NCBI GenBank assembly: GCA_964016885.1
Contig: OZ024742.1
Coordinates: 276,830,001-276,894,000 of the forward strand
Length of the DNA: 64,000 nucleotides
Reading direction: 5' to 3'
Origin: Eledone cirrhosa
Lineage: Eukaryota
Made by a program: the position numbers and the translations under genes. The notes beneath the pieces were generated by a model. The model was not told the origin of the DNA, ran no database searches, and worked only from the letters and a program-made list of their open reading frames with translations. Positions 11,509 to 24,759 of this stretch are shown here, piece after piece. Position 1 is the first letter of the stretch. Every line of letters starts with the position of its first letter.

Positions 11509-12716
11509 GTACAAACATTATTCTTTGTTATCTTTTTAATTTGGAACTGGGACAAACATTAATTTTTTTTAGAATCACAAAGACCCATACAGCTGATGGT
11601 TGATTTCCAGTTTTTCCAGTGTTAGATGAGAAACATATCTGCCCTTCTAATCTATTTTGCTCGTAGCTTTTCTTACAGGAGAAATAGAATTCGGCACTGC
11701 ATGTCAATGTTTATTAATTTTCAGTGATGTCATTGGTTAATATGTGCATTTGCGTACAGATCCAAATTCTACTTACTTAGAGCTATGTAAACCTGACTAT
11801 GGACATAACTTTGGGCTGATTGCTAACCCATTAGTTTGCATCATATCAATTCATCAAGGTAGACATTTACAGCCAAAGATATAGAGTGTTGTAGTTAGTT
11901 GAATGTTTTAGATTCCAACTTAGTGATTGAAGGATCAAATCTTGTCTCCTCATATTGTCTATTATAACTCTGGAAAATAAATTTAACCTTCTATCTAAAC
12001 ATGTTTATCAGTGAAGAAATGCTTTTTGATGCTGTTCCCATGCATTGAAAGTTGGAAGGTTCTGAAAAAAGTTAGGTAGAAATGAAGTTTGTGAAAGTAT
12101 TCCTAACCATATATGAGGAAACTGTAGAAATTGTAAAAATTAGAAATTTAGTGTATAGTTGAATATTCATCAGGGTTCTATATTCAGCCCACTTTTGGGG
12201 GAAATCATTCAGTATTTTAAAACTGGTCATCCTTGAGAATTTGCTAACCCATTCCTCATTGTAGCAATGTAGAAAAACAAATTCCAAACATGACAAAGAC
12301 CAAATTAGTTTCAGAGAATGTAAAACTCATCGCAGAAAGTGCCCATGATGAATATTTAGAGAGTTGGTAGGAATTAAAAACTATCAACATAGTACAAGCA
12401 ATGTGGGATCTCAGGCAGATTAAAAGGTAATTGGTATTTTAGATATGTCACATTTATTTACATGGAAAATTTGCAATAAATATACCCTTGAAAATATACT
12501 GTTACAATATGAATCCTATGAATATATATATATTCTTTGTTATAGCAATGACAAATTAAGTTTTTTAAACTACTACAAATTTCATTAGGAAAGTTGAGAT
12601 AAACTATTACACACAAGTACCCCCATCCCAAAAGGATATAATATAAACAACATATAACTTCTTAGTTTCCATCTATAATCAAAATCTTAATGCTTTTTGT
12701 TTCTTTCTTAAACAAA

Positions 12717-12784
12717 ACTTTGTTTCTCTTATTCATATTTTCTCATATACTTTGTTTCTCTTATTCATATTTTCTCATATACTT
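12717..12784. repeat. Exact 32-bp tandem duplication
   Basis: actttgtttctcttattcatattttctcatat x2. Confidence 0.9.
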
Positions 12785-13559
12785 AAACAAGATTTAACCA
12801 AACAACCTCTTTCTTGCTATCCTCTGTGATAAAACATTTGTAATTCTATATATTGGGACCACAAAGCAACATCCATCTGTTTTGCAAATGATATAAGGGA
12901 TACTGGTTAGATACAATAAATCATTCAATGTGACAAAAGCATGTTGAATTATTGTGAAATTGTGCGAAAAGAAAGATGATAATTTTTTTCTACTCCTTTC
13001 AATATATGGTTGAATTACCATATATCCTTGAATATAAGCCAAGGAATATGTGACCAAAAAAAAAATCAATTTTCACCAACTTCAAATTCTACATAAACAA
13101 GGTGCTGATATATTTGGAGTGGTTATTTTACAAAGAAACACTGTTTTTCTACATTAACTATATCAACATTAGTGTTATTTATGCATTCCCTTGAAAATAT
13201 TTTCAACAAATTTTTGTAATTGAACTTTTTAATACATAAATATTCCAGACATAAATGCACATGCATACACTTACACACATACATGCATGTATGTGTACAT
13301 GCACATGTGCACACACATTCAGATTCTCTTATTTAACCTATTGCTTTCTACTATTCCCAGCATGTACCTGGCCAGAAGTAAATAAAAATTCAAGAAACTT
13401 GTTGAAACTATAAAATGGATGAAATAGTAAAAAAAGCATTACATAATGGGGTTGTGAAACAAAAACTATACTCTAAATTACACTTAAAACATTTTAACCA
13501 TCAAAATATTAAAACTTCATTAATATATCTTATACCCATGAGAAATTTAAAACCACACC

Positions 13560-13676
13560 ATCTAAACATAATGTGTTGATTACCAGCCTTGGCTTATAAA
13601 TGGGGTTTAAATTTTTGTCCATTTCTCAGGCATATGACTTATATTCGGATCAGCTTATATTCGAGTATAAACAGTA
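13560..13676 (-). mobile_element. Tc2/pogo-like DNA transposon end fragment
   Basis: On -: TA-CTGTTTATACTCGAATATAAG..CCGAATATAAG, resembling pogo/Tc2-type TIRs. Confidence 0.5.
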
Positions 13677-13826
13677 AGTTCCTTGCACATACATTTTTGA
13701 AGTTCATTCTATAGACTATACAGCTTGCTTTCTAAAACTGAAATTATGCCCAGTCGAAAGAAATTGTATACAATGTTTCAGTTTAAATGTACATGAATAA
13801 AATATATTTTAATAAATATTTTTCAG

Positions 13827-13919
13827 ACTCATGGTGGATATATTCAAGATATATATGAAGGCCTGTGTTCAATGAAAAGACTAGATGCAGCTGTTATACT
13901 TTCAGAAGCTAGAATTTAA
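13827..13919 (+). CDS. NFKB1: NF-kB p105-like, terminal exon (THGGYIQDIYEGLCSMKRLDAAVILSEARI*)
   Basis: tttcag acceptor, phase 0; completes the death domain (compare [25 protein letters not shown]); TAA at 13917-13919. Confidence 0.85.
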   Translation, partial: THGGYIQDIYEGLCSMKRLDAAVILSEARI

Positions 13920-14166
13920 TGGAATGAATGCAATGAGTTCTGGAAACAGTGCTGGAAACGACTTATTCAACGATTTTGTTCCATTTGATATGAGATTGGT
14001 TGGGAGACCCTGTCTCACTCGATAAATTAATATCTATATGTATATACTGGATGTTGCTGCTTTTGTTTGTCTGAATTAATATCTGTATAGGGATTACTTG
14101 TTGTTGCTACTATGATTTGCTGATCATGCAACTGGGAGTAGCAGTAGGGAGAAATCTCAGTCATAT

Positions 14167-14310
14167 AATAAATCTATATTTTCTTTTCTTCGTGTTTGTA
14201 AACTAAACCCTAACATATATAAATGTGTATGTCTATACTGGATGTTGCTGTTCTTGTCCTTTTTATCATTGTTTCATTACAAAAGAAAACAAAAACACAT
14301 TTTTAATAAA
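14167..14310 (+). promoter_or_regulatory. Candidate polyadenylation signals (AATAAA at 14167 and 14305) of the NF-kB-like gene
   Basis: Hexamers 250-390 bp after the stop; the DNA is AT-rich, so support is weak. Confidence 0.4.
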
Positions 14311-14620
14311 GATTTGAACTTGGAAATTCAAACAGATGCCAGACCATATACACATGGAAGGTGTAGTATAGGTGAACAGTTATGATTGCCCAGTTGGTTG
14401 CAGCAGAGGGAGAGTCTTGATTTTGCCATACTGGTGTATGTCTTCATCATCATGAGAGCTCATAACAAGGAAATATTGAATTGTAAAATGAAAAAATGGA
14501 GTTGAAAAGTTTGTTATACTAAATAGGGTGTTGATATGTATATACGTGTATGTGTGTGTATATATATATAAACTATAATAAAGAAAGGAGTGCGGGACTG
14601 CGTCCAGAATATATTTTTTT

Positions 14621-14788
14621 ATCTTAAAATACACAACAATATTATTTATATTTAATCAAGAATAACGAAATTTAGTAGATGAATTATGTAATATTCATTC
14701 ATTATAATGAATGAATATTACATAATTCATCTACTAAATTTCGTTATTCTTGATGAAATATAAATAATATTGTTGTGTATTTTAAGAT
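14621..14788. repeat. 168-bp spacer-less palindrome
   Basis: 84-bp arms centred on atta|taat (14704/14705), one mismatch. Confidence 0.95.
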
Positions 14789-15102
14789 TCACTTCGTTAA
14801 CATTTTCAAATGTCAATCAACACTTCCGATTAGTGATCGCTTAAATAAACATTCATATATTTCTATCACTAATTTACTCCTAAAGCAGATTATATATAAC
14901 ATCTTTTTTTAATGTACCATGGATTACGTTACTGATTACACAAGAGAGTGTAACGCAGTCTTCATTCAATTTATGTGTATATTGTCAATTACAATTTTAT
15001 TTGATGTATCATATCTACATGCATATATACTTACGTATAATATCAATATGCATACTACACATGCTAGCAGAAAATCACCCGAAGTGTGGTTTTTTTGCTA
15101 GT

Positions 15103-16048
15103 ATCATCATCATTGTTTAACGTCCATCTTCCACGCTAGCATGGGTTTGGACGGGAATTTTCCCACTTGAGGCAAGATTGGTTGTCTTGCTCGTATAGGA
15201 CTGTCTGGCGGGTTTTCTACGGCTGGATGCCCTTCCTAACACCAACCACGTTTACAGTGTAGACTTTGAGGTTTTTACCGTGTTACCTACACAGCCACAT
15301 TACAGCGTGGACTGTGTTTTTTTGTCGTGACACCTACACGGCCTCATTTATTTAGGACTGGATGTTGTGGTACCAACATAACTTTACATCGAAAGGGGTG
15401 AGGGTAGTGGGACAGGGGTGTATTTTTGACGTTCACGTATATTACTATTACACATCCAACGGAGCATGCAAGCTTCGTTCCTCTCCAGTCTGCGTAGATC
15501 CTCTGCGCACAATGCCAAAGTCTCACTGCCATGTAACATTGCTGTTTGTATGCAGGCATCATACAGCCTGCCTTTCATTTTTAGCGGCCAATAATGGTAT
15601 AAGCTCTCTGAACTTTTTCCATCCTGGTCTGACTCTAGCTACTGTACTTTCAGAGCACCCTCCACCACTGCTGATTTTGTCACCCAGGTAACGGGTGTCC
15701 ACTATTTCTATAGAACCATCTGTGCAATGGAATGAGCTAGTATTCTGTGGGCACTTGCTGCTACTTAGTGCACCTGAGCACCGGCCACATATAAAATCTA
15801 TATTCTTAGTTATCTTACCTGTGATCCCACTACATCTTTTATGCACCCATACTTTGCATTTGGGATATAAAATGGAGTTTCTGCCTACTCCTTTCCTACA
15901 CACTGAGCATAGCCATTTCCCAGATGGGACTGGTGCCCTATTTTCCTTCCTACATACTAGAACTTTAGTCTTAGACAGATTAATTTTAAGGCCTTTTGAT
16001 TCTAGGCCATGCTTCCATGTTTGGAATTTCTTCTCTAGTTCAGCCATA
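15103..16048 (-). mobile_element. 5'-truncated RTE LINE with PHD-like finger, internal deletion and (GAT)n tail
   Basis: ORFs 15559-16047 and 15384-15578 match the 60414 family. Confidence 0.88.
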
Positions 16049-16059
16049 GTATATATAAT

Positions 16060-16950
16060 AATAATAAGTTGACGAGACCAGCATGGGTTTCACTGCTAGT
16101 ACTGGTTGCATCTCAGTGTACTCGATAGGTAATGTTAACTAAACTCCCAGAGTAGACACATAGTTATTCGCTTTAACACCACACGTAAATGGGTACCTTC
16201 AATCTATACCGGACTTGAATTTCTGCCACACTTAATGCAGCAATACAGTGCACAGCATCCACTGTCTGCATTTATTATGCAACAATGCACAATTGGTGCA
16301 TGTGGCTTCATCAGCGGGTTTCGCCTAATCAATAACCAATCAATCGACGGAATTCGATTCCAGCCTGTGCCGGCTATGACTGAATGTGACGGCCAAAACA
16401 GTAAAACATTAGCTACTGAAATCCCTACACGTCATCACAATACCGTCAGTCGATTAGCCATTGGTTCAGAAATTTACGTGACGGCAGGAGACAAAATTCA
16501 AATAGTTCTGCTCCTGCCATAAGCTCTCAGCCAATGTGTCTCAAACACAAATTAACAAGCGAGTGAAAAACAATTATTAAAAAAATCAGTTTCCTATTTC
16601 TATACAATAGAATGGTGGCATTCGGCTCCAGTCTCCAAGTCCCATGGTGAGAAATAGTGTGACAGTAACAATGGTAGTGCCTAAAACCTTTCCGGACATT
16701 AAATGCCAACAAGCGATTAGACAGCGGTATAGAGTTAGCACGCTGGTTAGAATTTGAATTCTAGATATTTCGACCAACCACATGCGTAACCAGTCAATTT
16801 CACAACTTGCACGATTTAATAGGTCAGTGAGATGGTTGAGGAATTTCCTGGAACTAATTTTCAGATGAAATGGGACAGAAAGTTCCCTGTCCCTGATGGA
16901 GGTCATGTGTTGAGTAAACATTGTCTTGAATCATTGGTTATATGTCCTGC
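16060..16950 (-). mobile_element. Degenerate Penelope-like remnant (GIY-YIG C-terminal part; hammerhead-like motif near 16085-16125)
   Basis: MFTQHMTSIRDR..S.PFH resembles the R..EH...I....H region of GIY-YIG; CTGAGA-tgc..gca-gtGAAAC downstream. Confidence 0.45.
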
Positions 16951-19900
16951 ACAGTCCACTCTGTAAAGTGGTAATGCAGGTGTCCAGGAAAACAGACCTG
17001 TGCTGGTGTTAAAAAAACACACCCAGTATACTCTTTAAAGTGGTTGATGTCAAGAAGGATATCCAGCTATAGGAACTATGCCAAATATGGAACATAATGT
17101 GCAAGATTGGTAGCTCCAACTTGTCTAATCTCAGACCATGACAACCTCTCCAATCCACGAAAAGGGAATTTAAAATAAAATTATGATGATGAAAACAAGA
17201 CAAAAATATCACTTGAAAACGAATCTTTAATTTCATATTCTATTTAGCCCTTTCTGATATGGCTAAAAAGATTTTATATATGAAGGTGAGAATAGGAAAA
17301 AAGAGATGCAAGTTATTTACAACATTTTGGATAATTTTTAGATTGAAAATACTATGTATATACACAGCAAGAGTAGCTTTATTCTGATTTGTGATGTAAA
17401 ATATAACAGAGAGTACAGTAGTTATATATAACCTTGAACAACAACAAAAAATAATAATAAAATTAACACGAGTAAGAATAATAATGACTTCTAACATAGA
17501 CCTAAAGCCATCAATTTTGGAGGGATGTAGTTAATTAAAATCGACCACCATTCTTGAACTTAGTTTATTAATTCTGAAAGGATGCAAGATAAAGTCAATC
17601 TCAACAGTTTTTAATGATTTCTATCTTAGATACAAGGTCACAAATTTTGGAGAAGCCATATAAGTGAATTAGTTGACAGATGCTACGCACATGTGGTCAG
17701 AATGTCTCAAGAAAGGATCATTGGGTAGATTTTATGGGTGAAACCAACTGACAGAAGACTCAAGGGTAGAACCTGAGCAAGATGGTTGGATAACATCCAA
17801 GGAGGAGAAGAAGAAAAAGAAGAAAGGTACTTATATTCACTCTAGGATGATGACTAAAACAAAATCAGCTCTGGCAGGCTGTAGATTTAGCCCCAAATTG
17901 TAAAATATCTAACACTACCTAGTTTATTTTCATTATTGGGTTGTTTTGGAGATCAGGATTATGCACATGGTTTTTGTGGGTGCTCCAAGACTGGTCAAAT
18001 TGATGTGGTTATATTCCCTTTGAACAGTTACAGGAAAAAAACATGTGCAATAATGATATATCATTTTGGTTATAGGAAAGACTATGGTGTAGTAATGGTA
18101 TTTATTTTATTGACTCCAAAAAATACTTGAACTTAATTTACAGAGATGAAACTAAATTTTGCACAGGCAGTCAAGAACTTTACCATTTCTGCAACTCAAC
18201 TAATTTCACGGTAATAATTTCTAACCATTTTTTAAATAATATATTCTCATCTTGGTAGGAGCGAAATTTTTAGGGAAGCAGTACAGTTGATTGAATTAAC
18301 TATAGTAGATGCCTGGTACTTGTTTTATTGAATATAGAGAAAAGAAAGACAAAGTTAATCCTTGTAATATTTGAAATCAGAATATAATAATGATAATCAT
18401 TTCTTACATTGGCACAAGGTCACATAATTATAGTAATAATGATTATAAGAAAACTTAAAGTTTAAAAAAATTTAAGTTGTAGGTTAGCAAAGGAAACAAT
18501 TTTTTAAAAAGTGCTTCCACAGTGTGTGTTTGGTTAAATTCTTAAAAACTGAATGGTAAAAGAACCAAAAAAACAAAACAAAAGAAAACAATGTATCTTG
18601 AACTGAAATTTGAAGTTTAATCACTAAAAAATAAAAAAACAACAACAAAAATTACCCTGTCAGATATGCTGTGTAGATAATGAGTGTTTGCTATGTAGCA
18701 ATAAGCACACTTTTTTTCCAGAGGTGGGAGTAAAGGAACAGTTTTTCTTTCAAAAGTTAAAGAGGTTGTCAACCTTCCCAATGAAATGTATGATAAATTT
18801 GTCAAAAATGGTATCCTCAATGTTTATAATTCTGATGACCATTTAAATGTTTAACTATGTTTCACATTACTTTCATTACAGAAAGTGAAAGAATACTATA
18901 CTAAATACTTTCATTATCAAATATACATTTTAAGTATATATTGCTGTGAAATTCTATTTTTTAACAGTTATTTGTATTGTTTAAATAGATTTACAGCTAA
19001 CTGGATATTCTTACTACCACTAGCAACTTAAATGTGAATTAAGAGTAGAATCTCTTTGTTTTTTTTGTCTGTCAGAAACAAAATTGGAGCAATTAGAGTT
19101 GTGTGCTTTCCTATGAGAAGAGAAACAACAGCAATTGTAATAAGAGACCAACTTATGACTATGTTGTCAGTAGTCTGGCACATTAACTTCATAGGCATTG
19201 TACCTTTAATATTCATTTACTTTTTTACAGGTTCCAGTCATTGGATTAAGGCCATCCCAGGGTACTACCTTTTAGTATATAGTTGATTATATTGAGTTTT
19301 GTACTTATTTAATTGACCTTGGAAGGTTGGACTTGGCTAGGATTTGAAAGTAAAGTGGCACAACAAAATACCACTAGTGTAGCAATAATTTATTGCTCTT
19401 TTTTAATGGCCACACTAGGTTGTTTGTCTGACATTACCAATTTTGTCATATACCATATTTTGTCATATAGGCATGTACTTAGTTATACACAATTATACTT
19501 TTTCTGTTAATTTAAATAAAAACACTTTGTTCTAGTGTTACTTTAATCTAAAAAAATGATTTTATATTTTGAAATTAGTACAACTTAATGAAATAAATAC
19601 AGGTAACAGAGCAGATGCCTCTGTGTTTGGCAATTGAGCAGAGACATTATAAGGTCACAAAAAAAAATGCATCCAATACACCCTATAAGGTGGTTAGTAT
19701 TAGGAAGGGTGTACAGCCATAGAAACCATGCCAAATGTGGAACATATGAGCAAGAAGTGGTCACCTGACTGATCCAACCTCAGAACACGACAGCCTATCC
19801 AACCCATGCCAGCATGGAAAACGATGTAAAAACGATGATGACGATGATACAGTTTCTACGATGGAATTCTTTTGTTTCTTTTTTTTTATTTTCAGCAGTA

Positions 19901-20579
19901 AAAGAAAAATAACAAAAGAAAAATAACAAAAAAAAGAAAAAATGAAAAATACAACTATTCAACCACATCTTTCAGTGTTTGTCAACCAGGATGGCAATAA
20001 TAATAATAATAATAAAATTAAAATTAAAACAAAACAAAACAGGAACAAACGAACAATATACATTGTATAGGCAAGAGGGTTCCATTTTATTTGAGTAATC
20101 AAAGGGTTTTGCCAAATGGTTATGAACTATGATAAACAAGAATGTCAACAGTTTCTTTTAGAGCAATCAATCATTTGGCTTTATTTCTTTTCATATCATT
20201 TTTGCTGTGATTTATGATTTGCTCTGAAATTTACATGACATTTTTTCTTCAAATAATTTTAGGAAAGACATTCAGAAATAGTGAACTTTATAATAAGAAC
20301 ATGCTATATATATTTCTCCGTAATATTAAAAATATATATTGGAAGAGGAAATTAATAACAATAACAAAAGAAAATTAAATTAAAACTATTTAAATTGTAA
20401 TATGTTCAGTATGAAAAAAATTAAAGAACAGGGCAGGTGTAAAAACTTAACAAAAACAGCCCCTACATATTTCAGAAGTCAAAAGTGGTGTTAAAATCGA
20501 CGTTTCAAAGTGTAGAAAAAGAGGCACCTTAAAATGACTGAACTGCCAAAACCATTCATTACATTGTAAAGGACAAAAT

Positions 20580-20671
20580 GTATGGAAACACCTATACTAA
20601 GGATGCCCACTTCAAATATGAAGAAGTATGGAAACACCTATATTAAGGGTGCCCACTTCAAATACGAAGAA
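20580..20671. repeat. 46-bp tandem duplication in the presumed WIPI2 3'UTR
   Basis: gtatggaaacacctatactaaggatgcccacttcaaatatgaagaa x2 (imperfect). Confidence 0.85.
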
Positions 20672-21448
20672 ATGTGTTTAGATTTGGCAGATTTTAGTGT
20701 CAATAACTTTGGGGTGGGGGAAATAAATGAAAGATGATGTAAAAAATCTAAGAATTACAACAGCAATTAATCAAATAACAAATTTCAGTAAAGTTTTAAT
20801 TAGAAAGAAAAAAAAAAAAAAAAAAAATTAAATGAGAGAAAATATCATTTTTTCCTCTTTTAAATTCAAAAACAAAAATTAGATTTATTGAGGACAGGGG
20901 TATTGAGTTTAACTTGAAGACATTGAATGTTATAGTGAATAAAACCTTGTCCCAAATAATAGGGTCCTTTCTTCACTTCTCTTATATTTGTTTAAATATT
21001 AAAAAATGAGAACTTTTATGTACATTGTTGTCAAGGTAGCCTATCAAGTTTCATTTAGTTTCTAACCATTGCATGTCTATTATCAGGGCTGTATGTTTGT
21101 TTATGATTCCTCCTCATTGAAAATAAAGTATTTGTGTGAAAGCAGCAGATGCATGGTGTTTCTGAAGTCCCTTATGTCTTAGCTCATTAACTGACCCCCT
21201 TTAATACATACTAGATAGCACTAAATGTACTTAAGATTTCTTCTGTACAATTCCACCTGGTTTAAACTCCACAATGGGGTGGAATGTCTAGAAAAGGCTT
21301 ATAAGAGATGGACATATTGAGGACAACAAACGTTGTTTTTAAATAGCAGCTTAAAATGTAGTGTGATAAACAGTTTTCTTTTCCATTTTCCCCATTGAAA
21401 ATAATTGAAGGAAAACACGTACTTTGTTGGATTTCAAATTTTCCACAG

Positions 21449-21506
<58 letters not shown>

Positions 21507-21617
21507 CATACATACATATATACATATATATATGCATATATATATATTTTTTTTTTTCTATATATATATATTTTTTTGTTTGTTTTCTTTATTTAAATAA
21601 AAATAGTGAAAGCTGAA

Positions 21618-21736
21618 TTAATTAGTGACGGGTGGAAATTCACTGTCATCATGTAGGCGCAATGTATCAACATATTGTGATAGACAGTCTCCTGCTCTTT
21701 CAGCCCCTTGTTCTGGTTCTTGGTATGGCTGGGAGT
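21618..21736 (-). CDS. WIPI2: WIPI2/Atg18 terminal coding exon (DSQPYQEPEQG...LRLHDDSEFPPVTN*)
   Basis: atttcag acceptor, phase 1; matches the WIPI2 C-terminus LRLDEDSEHPPM. Confidence 0.88.
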
Positions 21737-22944
21737 CTGAAATTAAGTAAAAGATCTTTAACATCAGTAAGAGATATTATACCAGGTCAAATGTGATTCA
21801 CAAGTGAGAACAAACAGTGACAAGAAAAATAACTTTATTACGATTTGAGTAATTTTTCACAAAATGAACAAAGTAGGAAGGTAAACCAGAAAGTTGTTAG
21901 CAATACCCTTTAAACAGGCTCTTTAAGAATCAGTAAAAAGTTATTTTCACTGTTGATAGGTAAAATAAAAATATGGTAAATCACTAAACCAGTATTCAAG
22001 AAAATCATTACCTATTCTATTTTCATTGTCAGCTGAATAATAAAATGATTTAAGGGTTAATGAGATCTCAAAGTCCTAAGATCAAGTAGCTGATAACTCA
22101 TAAAACTGTGTGTAAGAGAGAAATTATTTTGAAAATACTGATGAAGTATATCTGAGTAACTACTTTAAGCTAGCCATTCTTTTTTTATATGGTAAATTTA
22201 TCTGTAATTATATTATTATTTTTTCCATAAAAATATTGTTATTTCTGTTCTCTGTGCTTCCTGAAACAGCTAAATTGGTGTAACTAAAGTCAATAACCTC
22301 ACATACTGAGAAAAGGGTGTACATATAATTCTAAACTATTCTATTTCTATCTATTTTCTGCAATATTTTAGTAAGTTTTGTCTTTGTAAAAAAAAAGGTA
22401 TTTATTTTATAAAACAATGTTCAAGTTTATTTGAGGTTCAGCTGACATGGTTTTAATACTCACAGAATGCAGCAGGCTATAAAGCAGAATTAGTCACAAT
22501 AGACGATATGTATCACTTTAGAAAATGTAGTGGAAGTTTATATGTATTCCAGACAAAAATGAAGTTAAATCTCTTTACAGATATTTTATCTGCAATAGAA
22601 CAACTGGCTAGCATGGCATTCATTGTTTTAAATTCAAATGTTGCATTGAACCAATTAAACATTTGGGATTGGCATTATATATCGACAGTCAATTGACAAG
22701 ACCACACTCCTCATTCACTTAATGAGTGGGGTGGAGCTCTTCAAATCAGACTGAGGAAACAATGTTTCCATTGGTCTTTCCAATTGCTAATACTATCTAC
22801 TGGTCATAAATCCAGACAGAAGGAGCAACGTGAAATAAAGTGTCTTGCTCAAGGACATAACACATCACCCAGTCTTGGAATTGAACTCCCAACTTCACAA
22901 TTACAAATCTAATTCTCTAACCACTCAGCCACACACCTTTAGAT

Positions 22945-24470
22945 TCATCATCATCATCATCACCACCGTTTTACGTCCATTCTTCCACGCTAGCATGGGT
23001 TAGATGGGTTGTCCTATTGTGGGCAGTGTCCGGTCGGCTGGCCATGTCTTGCTCATACGGTAACTGATTCTGGCTTGATTTCTACAGCTGGATGCCCTTC
23101 CTAACACCAACCTCATTTACAGTGAGTGCTGGGTGCTTTTTATCCCGTGGCGCCTACACGTCCACTTTACAGTGTGGGCTGGGGGCTTTTTTGCTGTGGG
23201 ACCTCCACGTCGACTTTTACAGTGTGGGCTGGGTGCTTTTTTGCCATAGTACCTCCACGTCGACTTTTACAGTGTGGGCTGGGTGCTTTTTTGCCGTAGT
23301 ACCTCCACGTCGACTTTTACAGTGTGGGCTGAGTGCTTTTTTGCCGTGGTGCCTCCACGACCACTTTGCAGTGGGAGGGGGTGGGGGCATATTGTCTATA
23401 TGCTCCAGCTTCGGCTTGTACCTGTGGGGGGGGGGGGTCGGGTCTTCTGTATTACTGTGTGATGCCAGAGGTCACGGTCATGTGTCATTGCCTTTGAGAG
23501 GTGTAATTGGGTAAGGTCGGCTTTTATCACCTCATCCCAGGTCTTCTTGGGTCTCCCAACTCCGCGGCTTCCATCGACTTCTAGTGCTCTGCACCTTTTT
23601 ATGCAACTGTCATCCTTCATACGCATCACATGTCCATACCAATGCAACCTCCTCTCCTGCACACAGCATTTGATTCCTCTTATGCTCAGTCTCTCTCTCA
23701 ATTCTTTCATGCTTTGCCGTTCGCGTATATTACTATTACACATCCATCGGAGCATGGCTTCGTTTCTTTCTAATCTACGCAAGTCTTCTACAGACAGCGC
23801 CCAGGTCTCACTACCATGTAACATTGTTGTTCGTATACACGCATCATACAGTCTGCCTTTCATTTTGAGGGAAAAGCCTTTTTCAGCTAGCAACTTCTTC
23901 CATCGCGTTCTTATCCTAGTTATTGTACTTTCTGAACACCCACCTCCGCTGCTAATTCGGTCACCTAGGTAGCAGAAGCTGTCTACTGTTTCTACAGAGC
24001 CCTCCCAGAGTTTGGTGGTGCTTGTTTGCTGTGGCTGTTAGCTGTTTGCTGTCCCAGTGCAGCTGCTACATGTGAAGCCTACATTTTTAGTTAAGCTTCC
24101 TGAGATCCCACTACATCTCTTGTGTACCCATTGTTTGTATTTGGGGTAGAGAATGGAGTTCCTCCCTACACCTTTCCTACATACTGAGCAAGGCCATTTC
24201 CCTGAGGGGATCTGGGTTCTGTTTTCTCGTCTACTTACAAGAACCTTAGTCTTTGTGAGGTCGACTTTGAGACCCTTTCTTTCTAGTCCCTGCTTCCATG
24301 TTTGGAATTTGTTCTCTAGTTCTACCATAGATGCAGCCATAAGTGCGAGGTCATCTGCATACAGAAGTTCTCATGGACATCCGGTCTTAAACTCCTCCGT
24401 TATTGCTTGCAGGACTATGATGAACAGGAGAGGGCTAAGAACAGAGCCTTGGTGGACACCAACCTGTATG
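22945..24470 (-). mobile_element. 5'-truncated RTE LINE with PHD-like finger and tandem-repeat tail
   Basis: HQGSVLSP, YADD, KWPCSVCRK, HGSETW, GRPKKTW; (GAT)n tail. Confidence 0.9.
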
Positions 24471-24700
24471 CTATATATAATGTCAACCCCCACTTTTTAA
24501 AGTGATGTACAGATCTTTGCACATTTAACCAATGAGTAGCAGGATCTCTCTTTATGTGGTACATAAACAAATATTATTACTTGTGCTGTTGAATCTGAAA
24601 GGCAGAAAAGAGGTAAAAAAATACAAACACACATATACGCAAATCTATATTCATCATTATCATTTTACATCAATTGTCCACCCCCCCCCCCTCTCTCTCT

Positions 24701-24739
<39 letters not shown>

Positions 24740-24759
24740 TATAAATATTCCTGTGCTAA

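Noticed and set aside
11239-11562. Death domain as MyD88/IRAK or a stand-alone ORF
   Set aside because: Splicing places it at the C-terminus after an ankyrin repeat, and QGDM matches NF-kB p105
15152-15163. kB-like site GGGAATTTTCCC near the NF-kB gene
   Set aside because: It lies in an RTE tail and is short enough to occur by chance
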